From NCBI RefSeq assembly GCF_009914755.1, contig NC_060943.1: 64,000 bases of DNA; one strand, written 5' to 3'. Made by a program: the position numbers and the translations under genes. Each line of letters begins with the position of its first letter. Position 1 is the stretch's first letter. This stretch comes from the human T2T-CHM13v2.0 reference genome, Homo sapiens. Below, one piece after another: positions 49,481-64,000 of the stretch. Below the pieces are notes generated by a model. It was not told the origin of the DNA. It worked only from the letters and a program-made list of their open reading frames with translations, and did no database searches.

Positions 49481-50215
49481 TTACCCCAAATAGATCATCT
49501 TTGGTCAATAAGAATATACAGGTGATCTTTCTGTCTTCATTGTGCTTTTCTCTGCTCTTTAAAAAATTCTACTTTTTTCATAAAAAGAGTTAATTTTTAA
49601 AAGTGAAAAGTAAAAACGTTAAGAGTATTGGCTGAACACAGCGGCTCACACCTGTAATCCCAGCACCTAGGAGGCTGAGGTGCTAGGACCAATTGAGCCC
49701 AAGAGTTCAAGACCAGCCTGGACAACATGGTGAAACCCTGTCTCTACAAAAGATACAAAAATTAGCTAGGTGTGGTGGTGTGCGCCTGTAGTCCTTGCTA
49801 CTCGGGAGGCTGAGGTGGGGGATCGATTGAGCCCGGGAAGTTGAGGCTGCAGTGAGCCAAGATTGTGGCATTGCACTCCAGCCTGGGCAACACAGCAAAA
49901 ACCTGTCACACATGAAAAAGACAACTGTGAACTGTAAAAAGCACTCCTCCATCTTCACCCTCTCTGTATATATTTATGTTTAAATATCTCCAAGGAAGCA
50001 GTTACAAAAACATGGAGAATAATAAATGACAGAGTAAGAATTTGAGAACAAACATTTGATTTGTTTCCATAAATTGAGACAAACCTCAACTGACTACAAA
50101 TTGAGACAAAAGAATCAATTGAGCCGGGCGGGGTGGCTCACGCCTGTAATCCCAGCACTTTGGGAGGCCGAGGTGGGCGGGTCATGAGGTCAGGAGATTG
50201 AGACCATCCTGGCTA

Positions 50216-50398
<183 letters not shown>

Positions 50399-50849
50399 TC
50401 AAAAAAAATCAATTGAGACAAAGCCTCAATTGATTAACCTTAAAATAACCTTCTTAAAAGATATGTGTGTGTGTGTGTGTATATAAATCATCCATAAGCA
50501 TATTAGTAAAAGTACAAATCAACAGATATGTTTTAGAGAAGTGTTAAATTTTTTAAACGCAAGTGTAATTTAAATAGAATGAAATACAACAATCCGAAGT
50601 GCATAGACGATGAGGTAAGATTTTTTTCATCAACTTTATTGAAGTGTAATTTACATATAATAAAATGCAACCATATGTCTACATTCATGCAAATACCACC
50701 TTGTAAGAAATGCCTTTCCTGACTACCTTATCTAAATTAGTCCTGCCCAGAGTTCAGAGACCAGCCTGACCAACATGGAGAAACCCCGTCTCTACTAAAT
50801 AATACAAAAATTAGTCGGGCATGGTGGAGCATGCCTGTAATCCCAGTTA

Positions 50850-51053
<204 letters not shown>

Positions 51054-51162
51054 TTATATTCATAAGGTGGGAAGATTGCTTGAAGACAGGAATTCAAGAC
51101 CAGCCTGGGTAACAAAGCAAGACTCCAACTCTACTGAAATAAAAAATAAAAACTTAGCTGGG

Positions 51163-51420
51163 TGTCATGGTGCTGCTGGGAGTATAGCAGTGAGGACGAC
51201 CAGAGGTCACTCTTGTCACCATCTTGGATTTGGCCGACTTCTTTACTGCAAGATGTTTTCTCAGCAAGGTCTTTATGACCTGTATCTTATGCTGACCTCA
51301 TATCTCATCTTGTGACTTAGAATGACTTATCTGTCTAGGAATGCAGTCCAGTAGGTTTCAGTGTTACTTTACACAGCTCCTATTCAAGAAGAAGTTGCTC
51401 TGGTTTACACGCCTCTGACG
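51163..51420 (-). mobile_element. MER41 (A-like) LTR, 5' fragment
   Basis: Reverse complement begins (C)GTCAGAGGCGTGTAAACCAGAGCAACT..CTTGAATAGG and includes CCAAGATGG..GAGTGACCTCTGGTCGTCCTCACTGCTA. Confidence 0.8.
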
Positions 51421-51439
51421 TAACCATGCAGTGAACAAG

Positions 51440-51696
51440 TCTATTGGCTCCATTTATTCACCAGCATGTGCTCACTTTGTGTCATATTTGGATGATCCCA
51501 ACAATATTTCAACTTTCTCATTGTTGTTATATCTGTTATGGTGGCCTATGATTATCTTAGGCACCACTACTTGTTTTAGGGCATCACAAACTGTGTCCAT
51601 ATAAGACAGCAAACTTAATTGATAAACATGGTGTGTGTTCTGACTACAAACTTAATTGATAAACACTGTGTGTGTTCTGACTGCTCCACTGACTGG
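51440..51696 (+). mobile_element. Tigger1 DNA transposon fragment with an internal duplication of about 36 bp
   Basis: 'cagcatgtgctcactt...atatctgttatggtg...ccatataagac..aacttaattgataaa..tgtgtgttctgactgctccac' matches the remembered Tigger1 5' region. Confidence 0.7.
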
Positions 51697-52121
51697 CTCA
51701 CTGCAACATCCGCCTCCCAGGTTCAAGCGATTCTCCAGCCTTGCCTCCTGAATAGCTGGGATTACAGGCATATGCCACCATGTCTGGCTGATTTTGTATT
51801 TTTAGTAGAGATGGGGTTTCAACATGTTGGCCAGGCTGGTCTTGAACTCTTAACCTCAGGTGATCCACCCACCTCAGCCTCCGAAAGTGCTGGCATTACA
51901 GGCGTGAGCCACCACGCCCGGCTTGGAATTTCTAATATAAATTGCCCACTGGATCCAAAGGAGAAGGTGCGCACAGACTTTAGTTTTGCTTGCTTTCTTT
52001 CCAGCAAGGACTTTCTTAGCCACCTTTGCAGTTATGGGCTAAAGTAGACAGGGAAATAGACAGGGAAGGCGAAGCTTAAAACAAAGTCAGTAGTCAAACA
52101 TGAAAAATATAGTCACACTTA

Positions 52122-52127
52122 TTTATT
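52122..52127 (-). terminator. Candidate proximal poly(A) signal of ZNF850
   Basis: AATAAA on the minus strand, about 0.9 kb past the stop, in unique sequence followed by a U/GU-rich tract. Confidence 0.45.
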
Positions 52128-52318
52128 ATAAAAAAACTATTACTAGCCAGGCGTGGTGGCTCACACCTGTAATCCCAGCACTTTGGGAGGCCGAGGTAGG
52201 GGGATCACGAGGTCAAAAGTTTGAGACCACCCTGACCAACACAGTGAAACCCCGTCTCTACTAAAAATACAAAAATTAGCCAAGCATGGTGGTGCATGCC
52301 TGTAATCTGAGCTACTCA

Positions 52319-52516
<198 letters not shown>

Positions 52517-52740
52517 CTAGCCTAATGTCACGTAGGTAGTAAATGGTTGTCTTTTGTCATTGACCACATTCTCTAATATGAATTTGTATAACTTCAATAA
52601 GCTTTGAATCATGATAGAAAACTCATCTACATTCATTATCAATTTCTTTCAGTATTAAATGTCCTAATTTTGGTGGGTGGATCACCAGGTCAGGAGATCG
52701 AGACCATCCTGGCTAACACAGTGAAACCCTGTCTCTACTA

Positions 52741-53031
<291 letters not shown>

Positions 53032-53040
53032 CTACATTAA

Positions 53041-57800
<4,760 letters not shown>

Positions 57801-58944
57801 ACAATTTTAAAATTACCTAGTAATTTTTAGGGGATGAGATGAGGAATGGCTGCTAACTTCACAAAAACAGAAACAACCAGATATGTGCTTCTTGATGAAA
57901 TACACAATACTAATATCACATAGTCTGTTTATAGGAAAGAAAGGAGTAAAGGGAGGAGAGCTAAATGTTAAATGACAGATGATCCAGTTTCTTCAACATA
58001 TAAATTTCAAGGAGAAAAAGAGAAAGAAATCAACAACAAAACCTCACTGGAATGGTTAAATAACTGGAAATGCAAAAGCAAGGTTAAAAGTCATAAAGAA
58101 AAGTCAAAGAATTCATTTGTCTTCCTGAAAGTAATACTGAAAGAACAGGGAGCAAACTATATTCAAGATGGAACAGCTAAAATTTATTCAGAAGTGATGA
58201 GGTTTTCTAAAAAAAATCTGAGGTGCCATGAGTGCCATGGATGGTAAATTTTAAAAGTTCTACGGGGCCAGGTGCGGTGGCACACGCCTGTAATCTCAGC
58301 ACTTTGGGAGTCTGAGGCAGGTGGATCACCTGAGGTCAGGAATTCAAGACCAGCCTGGTCAACATGACAAAACCCCGACTTTACTAAAAATACAAAATAA
58401 GCCAGGCATGGTGGTGCACGCCTGAATTCTCAGCTACTCAGGGGGCTGAGGCAGAAGAATTGCTTAAATCCAGGAGACAGAGTTTGCAGTGAGCCGAAAT
58501 TGTGCCACTGCATTCCAGCCTGGGCGACAGAGCGAGACTTCATCTCAGGAAAAAAAAAAAAAAAAAAAAAGTAAAAGTTCTATAAGCCAGGCATGGTGGT
58601 TCATGGCTCTAATCCCAACACTTTGGGATGCCAAGACTGCAAGATTACCAGAGCCCAGGAGTTCAAGACCAGCCTGGGCAACAGCCTGGGACACTGTCTC
58701 AAAAAAAAAAAAAAAAAAAAAAAAAGCCGGGTGTGGTGGCACATGCCTGTAGCCTCAGGTACTCGGGAGGCTAAGGCGGGAGGATCACCTGAGCCCGGAA
58801 AGTCAATGCTGCAATGAGCTGTGGTCAAGCCACTGCACTCCAGCCTGGGTGACCATGGGAGAACCTGTCTCTTAAAAAAAAATTATGCATGATGAAATCC
58901 CAATAATAAGAACAAAATGGACAGGAAAAAAAAAAATAGCTTAC

Positions 58945-59160
58945 ACACCATGCTTGCTATATGCCAGGCACTATTTTCACTGCTTTACACATTTACTATA
59001 TAAGCTCATTTAATCTTCAGAAGAATCCTGTGAATAGCATATATATTTGCAAATGAGGACCAGAGAGGTTAAGTAAATTGCCAAAAGTCATAGAGGTATT
59101 AAATAGCAGAGCTAGGATTTGAATGGAGGCAATCTGGCTCAAGAGTCCATGCTTTCAACT
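58945..59160 (-). mobile_element. MIR SINE
   Basis: 'atgccaggcact...ctcatttaatctt...atgagga..agagaggttaagtaa.ttgcc.aa.gtca...agagctaggatttga' core. Confidence 0.75.
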
Positions 59161-59786
59161 TCCAAATCAGTGGAATCGAACTAAGTATGGGCATCAGATT
59201 TTTTTAAAACCTCAAATCTAAAACAGTGTAAAATAAAACAGGCAACAGAAGACAGGAAAAGTGAGACAAATAGAATAAGCTGGTTAAAAAAATTCAAACA
59301 GGCCAAGAGAGGTGGATTGTGCCTGTATTTTCAGCTACTCGGGAGGCTGAGGTATGCAGATTGCTTGAGCCTAGGGGGTTGAGGCTGTGGTGAGCTGTGA
59401 TTGCTCCACTGCACTCAGCCCGGGCAACAGAGAGAGAGAGACCCTGTCTCAAAAAAAAAAAAAAAAAAATCCAAATACATCACTAATTATAAGGAATGTA
59501 AACAAAGAAAAAGTAAATTTCAACCCTTTTAAAATAAAAAGTGACTAAAAACATGAGGACACAAAAAAGTTGAAGTAAAAACTAAGAAAATGAAAATCAG
59601 GCAAGTATTCATGAATAGAAAGCTAGGGTCTTAGCACTGGAAAAAAATAGACTTTAAGGTGAAAACATTCTTGGGAATAAAGAGGATTACTACATAATAA
59701 AACGTTCATTCACCAAAAAGATATAACAATTCTAAATTTGTAAGCATCCAGTAAAATAAACTCTAAATATGCAAAGTAAAAATTGA

Positions 59787-60039
<253 letters not shown>

Positions 60040-61421
60040 TGACCAGCCTGGTCTTGAGCTACTGACCTTGTGTTTCACCCACCTCGGCCTCCCAAAGTGC
60101 TGGGATTACAGGCGTGAGCAACCACGCACGGCTGATTGTGGGAGATTTCAATACACCTCTTTTAATAACTGAGAGGTCAAGCACCCAGAAAATATAAAAG
60201 GATACAGAGGATCTTTACATCAAATTAACAAGCATGATATGTTGAACATGTGAGAATTCTACACGCAGCAATTAAAAGAAAGCACAGGAACACGTGAATC
60301 CCCACCCCCACAAAAACACTGACAATTCAGCAGTGCGTGAAGTAAGTCTGAACACACTTCCAGAAACTGGTCTCATACTGACCATGTAAATATTGACTAT
60401 AGTGCAATTAAGGTTGAATTCAGGAATAAAAAATGGGAAAAGAATTTAAATGCAAAACATTTACAAAAGCTTATGGGTTAAAAATGGCATCATGCAAATT
60501 AAAAAATTCTTTTTCGGTTTTTTTGAGACAGAGTCTCGCTCTGTCACCCGTGCCGGAATGCAGTGGTGCAATCTCGGCTCACTGCAACCTCCACCTCCCA
60601 GGTTCAATCAGTTCTGTGCCTCAGCCATTTGAGTAGCTGGGATTACAGGCATGCAACACCACACCCAGCTAATTTTTGTATTTTTAGTACAGAAAGGGTT
60701 TCGCCATGTTGGCCAGGCTGGTCTCAAACTCCTGGCCTCAAGTGATCCACCCACCTCCCAAAGTGTTGGGATTACAGGCATGAGCCACCGCACCTGGCCT
60801 AAAAATTACTTTGATGCTAAGTGATGACAATAAAAATTGTATCATGGGCCGGGCTGTGTCTTAGGCAACAGGCAAAAAGCAAAGACAAAACCTCTGTGGA
60901 CGAAATCAACCTCAACTCAACCCTCAAAATATTCTCACAAAGTTTCAAGGAAAGAGAGAGCACTTCGCAATAAAAAAAAAAAACAAAAAACAAAAAAACT
61001 AACACGTACAGGGAAATGGGAAATCACATGAAGAAAAAAAACAGCAGAAACAGAACCAAAAGGCTTCAAATACTAATATTAAAGAGAATTATTATGTTTA
61101 ATAATGCTTAAAGAAGTTAGAAAGTCTTGACACCACTAGTAAATAAAGTAACTACATAGTTTTTTTATATATCTAGTTTTTAGCCTTTTTTTTTTTTTTT
61201 TTTTTATGGAGTCTCACTCTGTTGCCAGGCTGGAGTGCAGTGGTGTGTTCTTGACTCACTGCAACCTCCGCTTCCTGGTTTCATGCGATTCTCCTTCCTC
61301 AACATCCCTAGTAGCTGGGATTACAGGCGCCCGCCATGACACCCAGCTAATGTTTGTGTTTTTAGTAGAGACGGGGTTTTACCATGTTGGCCAGGATAGT
61401 CTCAATCTCCTGACCTTGTGA

Positions 61422-61667
<246 letters not shown>

Positions 61668-61936
61668 TGATGCACATCCACATATTCACCCATTCATATG
61701 TGATGTATGTGTATCTATGTGTGCATTTTTTTCTTTTTATAAAAATAGAATTGTCCTATACATATTGATGTGCAACTTTTCCCCCCAGATAACAACAGAT
61801 AAAGGATAGTTATATAGTTACTATTTATAGATTTACTTCATTTCCTTTAATAGCTGCATAATATCCCATTATGTGGATATACCATAATGTCACATTTTTT
61901 TTCCCCCTCAAGACAGAGTCTTGCTCTGTTGCCTAG

Positions 61937-62071
<135 letters not shown>

Positions 62072-62751
62072 TAGTAGAGATGGGGTTTTCACCATGTTGA
62101 CCAGGCTGGTGTCGAACTCCTGACCTCGTGATCCACCCGCCTTGGCCTCCCAAGGTGCTGGGATTACAGGCGTGAGCCACCGAGCCTGGCCTGTAACAGT
62201 TTTTGTTAATGCCCATTTAGATTGTTACTGCTGTTCCAGGAAATGTGTTTCTGTATATATCAGAATTAGCTACTTCTTTTATTTCTGTAGCAGACAGTCC
62301 AAAAAGTGAGATTACTCATTCCAAATGTAGGCACATTTTCATTTGACTGGCTAGTTTGATGCTTCCTGGCAGTGTCAGAGATGGTCTGTTCCTAGCCAGC
62401 AATGAATATTCCCATGCTATATAGTGTTGAATTTTTGTTTATCTGAGGGGCAAACTTTGGCAGGGGTCCGTTGGGATATGCTAACAATAAGATAACTAGT
62501 AAATAGAAGCTTTTCTTAACCCAAATGGGTAGATCCGTCGTGATTATGTTGGAATTTCAGGAGTTCTAGAAATGAATGTGCAGATGGTTGCACAATATGA
62601 ATACAATCAAAGATGGTTAAAATAGTAATACATTTATGTTATGTATGTTTTACCATAATTATAAACAAATGAAAAAATGAATGAATGAGTCACTCCTAAA
62701 AATTAGTAAGAAAATAAAACCAAATAATGAAGTAGAAAAGATGAAACATAA

Positions 62752-62921
<170 letters not shown>

Positions 62922-64000
62922 TAAAGGTGACTGCCACCACACCCGGCTAATTTTTTGTGTGTTTGTTTTAGTAGAGATGTTGTTTCACTGTGTTGATTAG
63001 GCTGGTCACCATGTTGACCAGACCACTCCTGACCTCAAGTGATCTGCACACCTCAGCCTCCCAAAGTGCTGGGATTTACAGGTGTGAGCCACTGCGCCCA
63101 GCCTCTTTTTCTTTTTGAGACAGGGTCTTGCTCTGCCACCCGGGCTGGAATGCAGTGGTGCAATCACAGCTCACTGCAGCCTTGAACTCCTGGACTCAAG
63201 CAATCCTCCTGCCTCAGCCTCCCAAAGCCCCGGAGTTACAGGTGTTAGTCACTGTGCCTGGCCAAAAAGTGAATTTTTCATTTTAATTTCAATTACTTTA
63301 CAGTTAAATCTAATTAGCCCCATGTAGCTAGCGGCTACTGTATGGAACAGCACAGCTTTCATGAACCATCTGTTGAAACTGGATTGCAAGAACCTTTGTG
63401 TTGTCCCTTCACATAAAAAACTAAAACCTTAAATGACGACTCATGCCTTACAGGTGTAGTATGTATACAAAATGAGGCAGAACTCCTAGCAGGGTGCCCA
63501 TTTTCAAACAAAATGCTTTGCCCTGCTATCAGAGACTAGTAAGTAAGCAAATAAATAAATTCAGTAATAAAAACAACTATTAAAAATGGGAAAAAATTAA
63601 AGGCAAAACATTTACAAAAGCTCATGGATTAAAAATTGTATCATGAAAATTAAAAAGTTCTTTTTTTGTTTTCTTGAGACAGAGTCTCACTCTGTCACTC
63701 ACACTGCAGTGCAGTGGTGTGATCTCGGCTCATTGCTCCTCCTCCTCCTCCTGGATTCAATCAATTCCGTGCCTCAGTCATTCAAGTAGCTGGGATTACA
63801 GGCATGCAGCACCACACCAGGCTAATTTTTTTATTTTTAGTACAGAGGGGATTTCGCCACATTTGCCAGGCTGGTCTCAAGTGATCCACCCATCTCTGAT
63901 TAAATGCTCTCATCTAAAATCATATGGTTGTGGCATATCAGATCTTTTCACTTTAAACTTTTAAATTAACTAACCAGCTACGAATACTTGTCTGAACTGA

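Noticed and set aside
51163-51420. MER41 as an interferon-inducible STAT1 enhancer
   Set aside because: Only the 5' 260 bp or so remain, and I do not see the tandem GAS sites in the retained part.

Overview
Primate, almost certainly human, genomic DNA from a KRAB zinc-finger cluster. I recognise the two genes from memory of their protein sequences as ZNF567 and ZNF850 (19q13). They face each other tail-to-tail. ZNF567 (+) has its whole CDS in the window: 152-160, 17672-17798 (KRAB-A), 18067-18153 (KRAB-B) and 24216-25936 (14 C2H2 fingers), giving 647 aa. ZNF850 (-) is represented only by its 3038-nt terminal coding exon (53041-56078; 29 intact plus about 4 degenerate fingers); its KRAB exons lie beyond the right edge. 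The rest is mostly transposon-derived: a near full-length but dead L1PA3-like LINE antisense in a ZNF567 intron, a fragmented old L1MA carrying a MER11D-like solo LTR, roughly 65 Alus, MaLR/MER41/Tigger/MER58/MIR pieces and a 28-bp AT-rich minisatellite. The most interesting hypothesis is that the L1 antisense promoter and an intact ORF0 point into ZNF567, with splice donors in phase with the KRAB-B and finger exons. Inverted Alus also bracket the KRAB exons, giving a possible transposon-controlled route to KRAB-less ZNF567. The ZNF850 array looks like a four-finger module in which one finger class expanded in minisatellite fashion. Repeat subfamily names come from remembered consensus sequences and need RepeatMasker/Dfam confirmation.
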